This document shows positions 11,886-25,485 of a DNA stretch of 64,000 nt, one piece after another. Position 1 is the stretch's first letter. The number at the start of each line of letters is the position of its first letter. The DNA is from Eledone cirrhosa (taxonomy: Eukaryota). The DNA is taken from positions 314,650,001-314,714,000 of the forward strand of contig OZ024740.1 in assembly GCA_964016885.1 (NCBI GenBank), read 5' to 3'. Under the pieces are notes generated by a model. The model was not told where the DNA came from and ran no database searches. It saw only the letters and a program-made list of their open reading frames with translations. A program made the translations under genes and the position numbers.

Positions 11886-12705
11886 ATACACACACACACA
11901 CACATAATTCTCCTAAGATGTTGGTATTTCATCCATAGAACAAAAATATAAGTACACAGGAAAGATATACTACAATTTTTTGGAGCTTTCTTAATGCCTT
12001 TCTGAGACTAAAGTAATTTCTGTAGTTTATCTACAAAGATGCTCTCTCTCACACACACATACAGAAGCTAATACACACCTACATATGCAGATTCCCTATT
12101 AGATTGCTAGGGTGGTCATTATACTGTTTTTGTACCTATTGTTTAGTTACATTTACAGTGTGGACTGGGTGCTCTTTCATCATGTCACCAGCACGAGCAC
12201 ATTACAAAGTGAACTGGGTGCTCTTTCTTCATGTCACCAGCGTGAGCACCTTACATGGTGGATTGGGGGATTTTAGCCATTTCATTAGCATTATGGGGTA
12301 GTATGCCCAGCTTTCCATGCTTGAATGCATGGGTTGAATAAGAAAGGTGTATCAGATGTGGATGGGAGTGAATGATGGGTGGGGTGTTAAGTGGTGGGAG
12401 GTATATGGAAGTGGGAGGGAGAGAAGTGGTGCATGCTAGTTATGACTAGATGTTTGCTTCATCCCGTGCACATGGAAAGGCAGGTCTTCTGCAGTTCTGC
12501 ATAACACCAGAGATCTCGATCATCGCGTATCATTCCACATTTAAGTATGGTCTTCCAAGGGGAATTTGTATCATTTGTCTGTTACTGTTCTTATTGTTTC
12601 TATATATAGCTATGTAGCTAAGAACGTTTTTAAAGAATCTCCTTTCTTTAAATCCATCAGCCAATGAACACGATGGAATTGTTGTAGGTTTATAGTGATC
12701 ATGTG

Positions 12706-13017
12706 AAGTTGCATGGCTTAGTGATTAGGGTATTCAACTCATGATCAGAAGGTTATGAGTTTGATTCCTGGTGGCACATTGTGTCCTTGAGCAAGACACT
12801 TTATTTCATGTTGCTCCAGTTCACTCAGCTGACAAAAATGAGTTGTATCTGTAATTTAAAAGGCCAGCCATGCCATATTCAGTGTCACACTGAAACTCCC
12901 TGAGAACTGTTAAGGGTACACATGTCTATGGCATGCTCAGCCACGTTAATTGCACAAGGAAGCTGTTCCATTGATTGTATCAACTGGAATACTTGTCATA
13001 AATGATGGAGTGCCAGT
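12706..13017 (+). mobile_element. tRNA-derived SINE with CORE-like block (family D)
   Basis: A box TGGCTTAGTG, B-box-like GAGTTTGATTCC, then GTGTCCTTGAGCAAGACACTTTATTTCA; related copy at 19605-19860. Confidence 0.75.
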
Positions 13018-13383
13018 TTATAGTGATCATGGTGGATATCAATTATGGTAGGAATGGGATTGTATATTGATGCTGAGAGTGTAGGTATTAGTTCATCATG
13101 TTGGTCAGGGTGTCTGAGTCAAAGCTCTGAGTATTGTTATCGACATTTTCAAATAAACTATTCATTTATTGCTCTTCTATGATGTCAAACTTCTCTACTT
13201 TATCAATCATATTTACAGTTGGGAGTGAGCCCAAGGAAGAATCTCAGCTTTGACTCTGTCTCTCTTATGAAATCTGTGAGAGAACCAAGCAATGAAATTG
13301 TAATTTTCAAATTTATTCATTATATTTACTATTGAATAAAAGTGGCTATAAGTAATTAAGATACCTCTCATCATAATGATGGA

Positions 13384-14437
13384 TGTAAGAAATGCAAACA
13401 ATGGGTACACAAGAGATGTAGCGGGATCTCAGGAAGCTTAATTAAGAATGTAGGATTCACATGCAGCAGCTGTGCTGAAACAGCAAGCAAACAGCCACAG
13501 GAAACAAGTACCACCAATCTCTGGGAGGGCCCTGTAGAAACAGTAGACAGCTTCTGCTACCTAGGTGACCGAATTAGCAACGGAGGTGGGTGCTCAGAAA
13601 GTACAATAACTAGGGTAAGAACGGGATGGAAGAAGTTTAGGGAACTACTACCACTGCTAGCTGCAAAAGGCTTCTCCCTCAGAATGAAAGGCAGACTGTA
13701 TGATGCGTGTATCCGAACAGCGATGTTGCATGGTAGTGAGACCTGGGCGCTGAAGGTGGAAGACTTACGTAGATTAGAGAGAAACGAAGCCTGCATGCTC
13801 CGATGGATGTGTAACAGTAATATACGTGAACGACAAAGCATAAAGGAATTGAGAGAGAGACTGAGCATAAGAGGAATCAAATGCTGCGTGCAGGAGAGGC
13901 GGTTACGCTGGTATGGACATGTGATGCGTATGAAGGATGACAGCTGCATAAAAAGGTGCAGAGCACTAGAAGTTGATGGAAACCGCGGAGTGGGGAGACC
14001 CAAGATGACTTGGGATGAGGTGATAAAAGCCGACCTTACCCAACTACACCTCTCAAAGTCAGTGACACACGACCGTGACTTCTGGCATCACGCAGTAATA
14101 CAGGGTACCCGACCTCCCATGGGTACATGCTGAAGCATATAAACAATATGCCCCCCCCCCCCCCCCACCGCAAGGTGGTCGTGGAGGTGCCACGGCAAAA
14201 AAGCACCCAGCCCACACTGTAAAGTGGACGTGTAGGCACCACGAAAAAGCACCCAGCACTCACTGTAAATGAGGTTGGTGTTAGGAAGGGCATCCAGCTG
14301 TAGAAATCAAGCCAGATCAGTTCCTGTATGAGCAAGGCATGGTCAGCCGACCAGACACTGCCCACAACAGGACAACCCGTCTAACCCATGCTAGCGTGGA
14401 AGAACGGACGTAAAACGGTGATGATGATGATGATGAT
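13384..14437 (+). mobile_element. 5'-truncated RTE LINE: partial PHD finger, RT C-terminus and complete 3' UTR
   Basis: Open frame 13384-14133 (CKKCKQWVHKRC..CSSC..VDSFCYLGD..LHGSETW..RRLRWYGHVMR..GRPKMTW); 3' UTR with ~43-nt units, CCATGCTAGCGTGG hairpin and (GAT)n tail. Confidence 0.92.
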
Positions 14438-14610
14438 TAAAGACTAAAAATATTGGTGTGCTATGATAGTGTTGTTAATATGAATTTATCACATCTACTA
14501 TTGTGTAAAATTTTATAAAGTTGATGTGACATTGAGAATTCAGCACTGACTAATGTAAGTCAAATTTAGTTAGCATTGAAAATTTTGTTGGGTAATGTTC
14601 ATGAAAATAA

Positions 14611-14800
14611 TTGTTTCTACTTTTGGCACAAGGCCAGCAATTACCCAGTGCATTACTGGTACTTTATTTTATCGACCCCGTAAGGATGAAAGGCAAAGTT
14701 AACCTCGGCGGGATTTGAACTCAGAATGGAAAGGGGCGTAACTCTATGCGTCAAAGCATGGCGTCCGACTCTCTACTGATACTGCCAATCCACCGCCCTT
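14611..14800 (-). mobile_element. Full-length tRNA-derived SINE family A with 16-bp target site duplication
   Basis: A box TGGCAGTATCAG, B box GAGTTCAAATCC; ATGTTCATGAAAATAA duplicated at 14595-14610 and 14801-14816. Confidence 0.92.
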
Positions 14801-14907
14801 ATGTTCATGAAAATAAAGATTCAATTAATGGAATGTTGATGCTTCAGAAAGTATAAATGAGCCAAGAAAGTTTCACATCAACAGATAGGTGGGTAAGGAA
14901 GAGAATA

Positions 14908-16470
14908 TCATCATCATCATCATCAACGTTTAACGCCCGTGTTCCACGCTTGCATGGGTTTGGACGGGGGTTTTCCCACTTGAGGCAAGAGTGATTATCT
15001 TGCTCGCATAGGACTATCTGGCGGGTTTTCTACAGCCGGATGCCCTTCCTAACACCAACCACATTTACAGTGTGGGGCTGGGAGGTTTTTACCGTGTTGC
15101 CTACACGGCCACATTACAGCGTGGACTGTCTGGCGGGTTTTCTACAGCTGGATGCCCTTCCTAACACCAACCACATTTACAGTGTGGGGCTGGGAGGTTT
15201 TTACCGTGTTGCCTACACGGCCACATTACAGCGTGAACTGTGTGTTTTTTTGTCGTGACACCTACACGATCTCATTTGTTTCGGCCTGGATATATATATC
15301 ATCATCATCATCATCATCAACGTTTAACATCCGTGTTCCACGCTTGCATGGGTTTGGACGGGGGTTTTCCCACTTGAGGCAAGAGTGATTGTCTTGCTCG
15401 CATAGGACTGTCTGGCAGGTTTTCTACAGTTGGATGCCCTTCCTAACACCAACCACATTTACAGTGTGGGTCTGGGAGGTTTTTACCGTGTTGCCTACAC
15501 GGCCACATTACAGCGTGGACTGTGTGTTTTTTGTCGTGACACCTACACGATCTCATTTGTTTCGGCCTGGATGGTGTGGCACCAACATAACTTTACATAG
15601 AAGGGTGCGGTGTGGATGGGGTGGGGGTGGTGGGATGGGGGTGTATTTTGTTAGAGATGCCTACTGACTGTAGTAGGTTTTACTATGTATTTAGGTAAGG
15701 CGGGTCTTCTCTATTACTGAGTACCGCCAAAGGTCTCGGTCCAGTGACATTGTCTTGGAGAGGTGTAAGTGTGTGAGGTCGGAGTTTATCAGCTCGTCCC
15801 AGGTTTTTCTAGGTCTGCCTATTCCGTGGTTACTGTCTATCTTTATTGCCCTGCACTTTGTTATACAGCTATCGACTTTCATGCGCATCACGTGTCCATA
15901 CCAACGTAGCCTTCTCTCGAGTAAACAACATCTGATCCCTCTTATTTCTAATTTTTTCCTCAGTTCGTTTATGCTTTGCCGTTCACGTATATTACTATTA
16001 CACATCCAGCGGAGCATGCAAGCTTCGTTCCTCTCTAGTCTGCGTATATCCTCTGTACACAATGCCCAGGTCTCACTGCCATGCAACATTGCTGTTTGTA
16101 TGCAGGCATCATACAACCTGCCTTTCATTTTTAGGGAGAACCCTTTAGCGGCTAATAGTGGTATAAGCTCTCTGAACTTTTTCCATCCAGTTCTGACTCT
16201 AGCTACTGTACTTTCAGAGCACCCTCCCCCACTGCTGATTTTGTCACCCAGGTAACGGAAGCTGTCCACTATTTCTATAGAGCCCTCTGCGCAGTTGAAA
16301 GAGCTAGTATTTTGTGGGCACTTGCTGCTACTTATTGCACCAGAGCACCGGCCACATGGGAAATCTATGTTCTTAGTTAGCTTACCTGTGATCCCACTAC
16401 ATCTTTTATGCACCCATACTTTGCATTTCTGACACAAAATGGAGTTTCTACCTACGCCTTTCCTACACAC
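14908..16470 (-). mobile_element. 5'-truncated RTE LINE (PHD finger, RT C-terminus) with a tandemly duplicated 3' UTR
   Basis: ORF 16470-15691 (CRKGVGRNSILCQKCKVWVHKRC..FRYLGD..LHGSETW..RRLRWYGHVMR); two (GAT)n-tailed 3' UTR copies ending near 15299 and 14908. Confidence 0.92.
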
Positions 16471-18088
16471 AGAATAGTGTGTACAAATCCATTTATGGCA
16501 CAGAAAAAAAGAGCTGAAGTTGGAATCACGACAAATTAGTAAAAAATTATTGCTAAATATTTTACTGAAAATATTGAAACAGCACTTTGTTTTGTGCCAT
16601 GCTGGAGCATACTTATGTGAAAGGATTTAAATCTTTAAAAGGGTAAGTGACACTTCTTTGTCAATTCCAGTGTCTGTTGCTATGGTATCTTGGTATCTGA
16701 ACTTTCTGATAGAGGAGATCTCCCACAACAAGAGGCCTGAAACCATCTCATCTTTTGCACAGAAGCAGTGACCAGCAAACCTTGTACAACGTTCAGTCAG
16801 TTGTACACTTACTTTTGGGATTAAGCTTGGGATGCATCTGCCATGGAATTTTTCGAACCTTTCTCAGAAGGGTTATGTAATATCCATCTAAATGGCTCTG
16901 TAGACAGGTGTGCAAGGTCCAAGTCTCAGAACCATAAAGTAGGATAGTCTCTCAGTTGTTCTAAACAGGCTGATTTTAAGTTTGTTTGGTATATTGGATT
17001 TCCAAATTTTATCCAATTGGTTACTCTAGTATAATTGGAATAAAGTGATTTTCTTTTCTTTAAACACCACATGGTTAATTTAACCATGTGACCAAGACAG
17101 CATACAAACTTTAAAGGTTTTATTGAAGAGAAACTTGTACAAGAATTTCAATTGAATTTGATGATATTCAAAGACAATCAAATGTAATTGTAAAACAGAT
17201 TTCCTTTCATGATATATTGTATTGCATAAGTTAGCACTGTCATGGGAGCAAATTCAAGAGAGAATTATTAAAAATTGTTTTTAAAAAAAAATGGATTTTC
17301 TAAAACAAGTAGAGATTGTTACAAATTACATTCTTGAAAGAACCTCAGTTGATGAAAGAAGTGTTTGAAAATTGATTGGGTATTGATGAAAGTTGAAGTG
17401 GAAGTGTCAGAAACATGTCAAACTGTTACTGATCTAGACTCTAAATTATGATAGAAGAAGAAACTGATCTAAATCTAGAAATAGTAGTTATAGATGTTCC
17501 TCCAACCAGAACTCGGATGGAAGAAACTATATATATTTTATTGATTCAGCAGAATCTTAAAAGCATTTATGAATATGAGCAATTTATTAATGGACTACTG
17601 TGAACAGTAAACAATCAATATTGTATAGGGTTTTTAAATAAATATTTTTTTATAAGCTCTAATAAATCAAATATGTAGTAATTTCAAGTCATAGTATTTT
17701 GTTTATAACATAAAGTTGTTTATGGCATTTAATATAAACTAGATGGACCTGCAGAAATTTCTCAGGATATATGACTTATTTCTTCACTATAAAATGTAGA
17801 TAAATACAGTATATTAAATATATATGATTGGGGTTGTATATTGAATCATATACAAAATGTTCATGTAAATAAACATTTTTACAGCCTTGCTATGAATCAT
17901 ATATATACGTATATCATCGTCATCATCCTTATCATTGTTTAACGTCCATTTTTTTCCATGTTAGCATGGGTGAGACGAGTTGTCCTGTTGTGAGAAAGGT
18001 CAGATCAGATGACCGTGTCTTGCTCATACAGAACTGTTTCTGGCTTGGTTTCTATGGCTGGATGCCCATTCACAGCGTGGACTGAGTG

Positions 18089-18125
<37 letters not shown>

Positions 18126-18751
18126 TCAAGGGATACATGTAATATTGCAGTTTACATTTTTTAATTTGAATACTCTTTTACCTGTTTCAGTCATCCGACT
18201 GAGGCCATGCTGGGGCACCACCCTTGTCAACTAATTAAGCATTAATTTTTTTAAACATAGACTTTTAAACTTTGGTTCTCACTTTTTTAATGTTTTCTGT
18301 TTTGAACACCAGAGATACAGAACCTGCATATGTTATTTGTTTTAAAACCAGGAACTGTTTAAAGTTTTATAGCTGCTTTCAAATAATTATTCAAATTAAT
18401 ATTTTGACACCCCCCCCCCCCTTCCCATCAAAAGAGAGAAAAATGGTGTGGAGTGTTGAAAATCGACACTTAACTAAGTTCTAATAATTTTTCAAGGCTT
18501 TTGGTACTTGACAGATCAATGTACAATTAAACAAAAAATAGTTTTACTAAATCATTTTAAAATAAATTTTAGTTGAAAAAAAAAAAATCTAAATGTGATA
18601 GAATTGCTTAAAATGTAGCATGAATACCTTTCTGAAATAAACTCTGCTATATCGACAGTCGATCGACTTTCGTCAAATTGGACTGAGGAAACAGTGTTTC
18701 CATTGGTCTTTCTAATTGCTAATACTTTCTATTGGTCGCAACTCCAGGTAG

Positions 18752-18875
18752 AAGGAGCAATGTGAAATAAAGTGTCTTGCCCAAGGGCATAACGCTTCGC
18801 CTGGTCTGGGAATCGAACTCACAACCTCACGATTGTGAATCCAATTCTCTAACCACTCAGCCACGCGCCTTCACT
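18752..18875 (-). mobile_element. tRNA-derived SINE family D (head and CORE-like block)
   Basis: Minus strand TGGCTGAGTGG A box, GAGTTCGATTCCC B box, CCCTTGGGCAAGACACTTTATTTCAC. Confidence 0.8.
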
Positions 18876-18909
18876 CTGCTATATATGCATTACTAATATA
18901 TCTTTTAGG

Positions 18910-19228
18910 CAGAGGCGTGTGGCCTAGTGATAAGAGTTTTGGACTTATGATCATAATGTCATGGGTTTGATTCCTGGGTTATGTGTTGTGTTATTTTTTT
19001 TTTTTTTTATTGTTTTACATCCGTTTTTCCCTGCTTGAGCAAAACACTTCATTTCATATTGCTCCAGTACTCTCAACTGAAAATGAGTACCAATAATAGC
19101 TGGGGGTTTAACTCTGATAGACTGGATGTCCTGTCCAGGGGGTGGGTGGGTGTACTCTCAGTTGCTAAATGCCATAGAAACTGGGATAAGTACCAGCTTG
19201 ATGAACCTCTGGGCTCGAGATAGACTTT
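18910..19228 (+). mobile_element. tRNA-derived SINE with CORE-like block and V-domain-like tail
   Basis: tRNA-like head, TTGAGCAAAACACTT block, tail ..TGTCCAGGGGG..ATGCCATAGAAACTGGGATAAG..GATGAACC..AGACTTT; related tail at 5075-5265; domain names are from memory. Confidence 0.6.
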
Positions 19229-21384
19229 AGAATATATTTTTTTAAAATGTCATTTGTTCAGTGGAAACATACATTGTACTTGTGATTTTGAGTCTTACCA
19301 TGTGCACTTATCTGGTCTCTGACTTTCAATATGTTGTCTACTAGAAACCCCTTACTATCCCCAACGTTAGAGTCTTCATTACCTCTTTCTATGAATCAAC
19401 TAGTATTTCTTCCAACCTATATCTTGTACCTACTAAACCTTTCTTCTTTAGATTATCTTTTGTCTTGAGTCTTTCTAGTTTTTATTGTCAGGTTGCTGAT
19501 CACTAATCTATGTTTAGTGTTATATTATTCAGTAGGGAAGGACTCAATATTCACATCCAATTATCTCTCTTGTATGTATGTGTGTGTGTATGTATATATA
19601 TGATTTCTGGTAGTGCATTGTGTCCTTGAGCAAGGCATTTTATTTCATGTTGCTCCACTTCATTCAGTTGGCAAAAATGAATTGTATATGTAACTCAAAG
19701 GACCAGCTTTGTTACAACCTGTGTTATGCTGAATCTCTCTGAGAACTATGTTAAGGGTACACATCTGTGGAATGCTCAGCCACTTGCATGTTAATTTAAT
19801 GAGTAGGCAGTTGTGTTAATTGCATCAACTGGAACAATTGTCATTGGAACCGACAAAGGTGCAATACATACATACATCATCATCATCATCATCATCATCA
19901 TCATTATTTAATGTCCATTTTCCACACTAGCATGGGTTAGACAGTTTGTCTCATTTGAGGCAAGTTGGGTGAGGTGACTGTCTTGCTTATACAGAACTGT
20001 TTCTGGCTTGGTTTCTATGGCTGAATGCCCTTCATAATGTCAACCAGATTTACAGTGTGGGTTGGGTGCTTTTTGCTGTGACTCCTACTCAACCACTTTA
20101 CAGTGTGGGCTGGGCGCTTTTTGTTGTGACACCTACATATATCATATGTGTGTATGTGTATATGTATAGGTTACTCATAAGTGCTACTGGTAACATGTTT
20201 CAGCAATACAACTTATTGCATGGTTGGGTTGTTGGTGATTAAACTAATAATTTCATCAAGCCTTGTTGGTGAGAATGGTAATTTTTGAACATTGGAATGA
20301 AAAATAAAACCTGTTGAAGGTGGATTCAAGAGAGTCTACAAACATCCAGTAGTGTATTTATGCAGGTAAAATGGTTGGTAATAGGAAGGGCATTGGGCAT
20401 TCAGCCATAGAAAACCTGCTAAACAAAGGGTTTGGAGAATTCTTCAGTTGTGCCATAGACATGACAACCTCCCTAGTGTTTGTGATCTACATAATAAACA
20501 CATCCAGTACATTCTGTAAAGTGGTTGGTGATAAGAAGGCCATCCAGCCATAGAAAATCTGCTAAACAAAGGGGCACGAGAATAATTCAGTTGTGCCATA
20601 GGTACGAGTCTGTTAATATTAAAAGATGGCAACTTTTTAAAAATCTGCTTCTTACAATTTTGTTAATATTTTCTCTAGTTTAACGTCATAGAAGCCTATT
20701 CATAAGCAGAGACAATTGTTTTGGTCTACAAGTTCAACTGCATTTTTCAAAAGATGATTGACCTCTCTTCCCTGCTTTACATTCTATTCACACTCATTAT
20801 TTTCCATTCTCACTTTCCAGTCATTTCATCCATGTCTTGCTATCTTTAGTATGATATCCTCCTTAGTGTTTGTGAACTACATGATAAACACGCTCAGTAC
20901 ACTCTGCAGAGTGGTTGGTAATAGGAAGGGAATCCTGTCATAGAAAACCTGCCAAACAAAGGTTCAGAAGGTGGGGTTCTTTAGTTGTATCAAGGACATC
21001 ACAATTTCCCAAGTATTGGTGCCATGATAAAATGCACTTGGTAAAGCATGGGATCATATGTTGTGTCCCCTGTCCACCTGGATGCCAGTGGTTCCACTTG
21101 AGTTCTGACCATTCTGTGATGACACATCCAACCCTTGCTAGCAAGGTAAATAGATGCTAAATGGGGAAGATGATAATGATGATGATATGCATAAATTTAT
21201 AAATACTCATGTGTATGTACAATATATATTGAATAAGTAACATTAGCTAAACATATGCTTAACTTATACTTTTATCTGGCAGTAAATATGAACAAACATG
21301 TTTTTTCTTGAAGAAATTTTTTTCCGTTTCTACCCTTGCTCACTCACCTCTATCTTTCTATTTCGTCTTTAAGTTTTCATTCTA

Positions 21385-21420
21385 TTTTCTGATGAAGGAC
21401 CAGCATCCGAAACGTTAAAA
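21385..21420 (+). ncRNA. Minimal type I hammerhead ribozyme-like motif (Penelope-type)
   Basis: UUUU-CUGAUGA-A-GGA-CCAGCA-UCC-GAAAC-GUU-AAAA: intact core, 3-bp stem II, palindromic AACGUU stem III, weak 4-bp A-U stem I. Confidence 0.6.
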
Positions 21421-24400
21421 CTCTTTTCCTACTATATCAAGTGTTCAACTAATATATTTCTTCATTGTACTGTGTTGTTTGCTTTGTTATTTTTGTTTAC
21501 TTTTTGCATACATTTTTGTATATATATATATTGGGTTTAGCACAGGTTAAATCTCAGGATTCCTGGGAGGTTTATCTTTTAATGAAACTAAATATTTCAT
21601 TATAAATATCTGTTTTCTGTCTATTAAATATGCGTTTACATTCAGAATATCTCACATTGTCTTATCTCATCCATCTTTTTTTTTCTTCTAATTCTAGTGG
21701 GAAGGAATTCCTGACTTTTAAGTTTTTTAAGCTAGGTCCTCTCTACACATGTTTCTGTATAAGTCACAAACTCCAGTTTATATAATTAGTTGTTATATTT
21801 TATGATAGGATACTCTATGTATTGTGCTAAGGTTATATATTAGAGCTGGTGTTTTTTTTATTTTTTGCTTGTCAGCTATTGCTTTTGTTTCTCTTAGTCT
21901 CCTCTTTCACATATCACATACACAGAAAGACATTCTCACACATTCAGACATCCACATACACCCACACATTCACACACACACACCCCCCACACACTGTCAT
22001 TCACACACACACATATATTCACCCCACCTCCACGCATAGTGACATTCACACATGTGCACACACATATCCACACACGTTCATTCACACATATATATTCACA
22101 CACACACACAATGAATATTTAACTAAAATTCACTGGTTGTCCGTTTTTATTCCAGTAATAACATCTAGAATATTCTAAAGTTGATTTTTTTCTCTCTCTA
22201 AAATAATTTTTTTGGGAAATGTTTATTTTGAGTTAGTTTCCCCTCTTCCTAGCCAGTACAAATTACAAAAAGATATTCATTCAAGAAAGATTTTGTTTTA
22301 AATTTCAAATGAGGAATTTCTCTTTCCATCATCATCATCATCATGTAATTTCTGTTTCCACCACCATCATCATCATCATCATTATCATAGAATTTTTCTT
22401 TTCACCATCATGATGAAATATCTATGAAATAACTATTTTCTATGTGTCATGTCATAGCTTAACAACTCTTTTTACATAGTCTATCCTTAATAAAAATTAA
22501 ATTATATAAAATAAATAATATGATGTAATTCTATTTTCTCTGTTCCACTTCTCAAATCTTAATAGCTCATAAGGTTTTTGTAATTCATTCATAGTCTCTC
22601 CCTACCCCTTTCTCTTCCCTTCTCTTCTTTGCTTCTCAAACATAAAATTCTCCTATTTTATGACAGTTCTTTCAGTATTCACCTTCTTCAAGTTGTTTCA
22701 TTACTTTTACACCAGTCTTTATCTATTTCACAGAATTTTGCCAGAGATGTGTTTTCTTACTTTTTTTCTAGTATTTTTCTCTTTTCTTTCAAGGAATGTT
22801 GTATTTTTTGTGAAATATTACTTCATGAGAAGTGCTAGTGTTTCCTTTAACTCCCAAACTCCCTTTTACATGAAAATACAGCATTTTAGTAATAAACTGC
22901 TGTTATTCAACACATAAAGGGGCCTCTTTTTTTTAAGTGGACCAGACCAGATTAAAGCAATTTAAGGCCCATTAGGATCCCAGAACCCGCTTGTAAAAAA
23001 ATTAATGAAAGTTAAAAGTATATGAATGTAGGTATCCACATAGAATGATGTTGAGATACCAACATTAATCCATGCCAGACTCTAAAACTAAGGTGACACC
23101 CAAAGAAAAATAAATGTATTTAATAACAGTTATAATATTTAGAATTTTAACAAAAATGTTATGTTCCATAGCTATATTTTAATATATATTTTAACATATA
23201 TTTAAAATGGGATGGAGACTCTGTACTATTAGGCCCACTTAACCCATATATTAATCCAGTACTTGAAGTGGGGAACCTATTTTAATACCAGGGATTAATT
23301 ACAAGTACATAAAAACCTATAGGAGGCCCTTCTTTGAAAATTAATAGGGCTACAACTAATATTAAATAACTATTTTGGTGTTAAGGTTTAACCATTTCTT
23401 TTTCTTTCATATGAGTTTTTAGAGACTTCATCATCACCAGCACCACCACTGCCACCACCATCACTATCACCACCATCATCGTCATCACCATCATCACCAC
23501 CACCATCATAACCATCACCACCATCACCACCATCTTCACCATCTGTGCACGCTTGCTTGTCTTCATCATTATTTTCCATGCTTACATGGGTGCAACAAAC
23601 CCTGCTTCTACTTGTTGCGTTCCTTCATCATTTCCTCTGTCAGCTCTCAAGATTTCCTCTCAGGTCCGCATCAGCCTTCCTCTATTGTTGCTTTTTGGCA
23701 CATCATCCATGTGGCATCATCATTTGGTGCAGTCTTCGCTCTTGCACACTGTATTTGGTTATTCATATATCCACTTTTTCTCAACTCCTATATCCTTATT
23801 TATATTCATATATGTGTGACTGGTTTAGAATTAGTACACTGTAACCCTGTATGTCATAAGAAGTGACTAAAAAAAGTTAATGTGGGGAGGGCATCCCACT
23901 GTAAAACATTGGCTCAAAAAGTCTTGTCGAACCTATGCCAGCATGAAAAAGTTGATGTAAAGAGGACAATGTTGATGATGAGGATGATGATGATGATGTA
24001 TGTATATCTGTGTATATAAATATCATTTATATATATATTGTTTTTCCGTACTAGCTTGGGTTGGCTGAGAGCTGTTTGAGGCAGTGTACCCTGGCCAGTT
24101 GTCCTTTCTGACATCAACCGTTACTTAAGAAAGGTACTGATCTTTACACATGAAATCCCTTAGCCATGGGTTTTTGTTTATGAGGAACATAAACATTACC
24201 ATTAGTGGTGCCAGATGTGAAGTATATACACAGAAACAAATGCGCACCACACAAACAAACCCATGTATATATATATTATCATCATCGTCACTGTTTGTCT
24301 ATGGTTGCATATATTAGATGGGTTGTCATGTTATGAGACAAGTCAGGGCAGGTGTTCATGTCTTGCTCATATGGAAATGTACTTTGCCTTGATTTCTACA

Positions 24401-25253
24401 GCTTGATGCTCTTCTTAACACCACACACACACACACACACTCACATATATGTATGTATGCATCTGATTTTGAATAGGTACACCATATCCCTGCATGTTGT
24501 AAGAAGCAGTTAAGTGTTGGTGTCAGGAAGGGCATCAGGCTGTAAAACATTGCCTAAGTCTCGTCCAACCCATCTTAACATGGAAAAGTCAACATAAAAG
24601 TGATGATGATGTTGATAGAGAGATGTGTGTGTATATATATATATATATATAAGGATGTGTGTTTAAAATAGCAGTTTTTAAAACATTCAAACATTAATTG
24701 TTGGTGCACTCAATACTGTTGGGTAGAGTGTAAATTTTAGAAAAGTAGAAAAGTAACAGTAACTTTGAAGTTTAAGCTTGATCACTTCATCTCTCTCTCT
24801 ATATATATATATTGAGAGAGAGAGGTATATGTAAATATGTGTGTACAATCTATAAGTGATAAAGTACATCTTTAAAAAGGTGGTGCTGGTGCTCTGATAA
24901 CATGCACCCAGTATACTCTGTATGAAACATGTGGCAATATGTGGTTCATTGATCTGTCTTGTCTTTGAGGATGATGGTGTGGATATATATATGTAAATAT
25001 GTATCATCATCATCATCACTGTTTTATGTCCTCACATGTATCATCATCATCCTTTTTTTATGTATATATATATATATTATATATACACACGCACACATGT
25101 AAATATGTATGTGTATCAATACACACACATGCCAGCTATCGACCCTCTGCTCACATATATATGAATGAATACCTATGATTATATTTGGATGTTAGTATAT
25201 ATTTTGTATATTAACTGGTCATCATGGCTGTCTACAGTGTGTTTGTGTGTGTA

Positions 25254-25305
<52 letters not shown>

Positions 25306-25382
25306 GAAGTTATATTTAATTTGTTGGAATTCCGACAAACATAAATGTTTATAACTGATTTACAGCACTCAACAGATTACCT

Positions 25383-25485
25383 TATTTATAAAACAAACTT
25401 TGTATTTTATCTGATGAAAGCGCACCAAGGTTGGCTTGGTTGCCCTTGAAATATATGTAATAAAATAAATATCGTTTTATAAATA
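25383..25485 (+). ncRNA. Type I hammerhead ribozyme with extended stem I
   Basis: Stem I UAUUUUAU (25403-10)/AUAAAAUA (25460-67) plus outer 12-bp helix 25383-94/25474-85; CUGAUGA at 25411-17; stem II AAG.GCA.CCAAG/CUUGG.UGC.CUU; GAAA at 25448-51; GUA cleavage triplet at 25457-59. Confidence 0.8.

Noticed and set aside
13557-16255. Antisense ORFs of 148 aa (13557-14003) and 166 aa (15755-16255), also 63494-63769
   Set aside because: Shadow frames of the RTE coding strand with no independent motif
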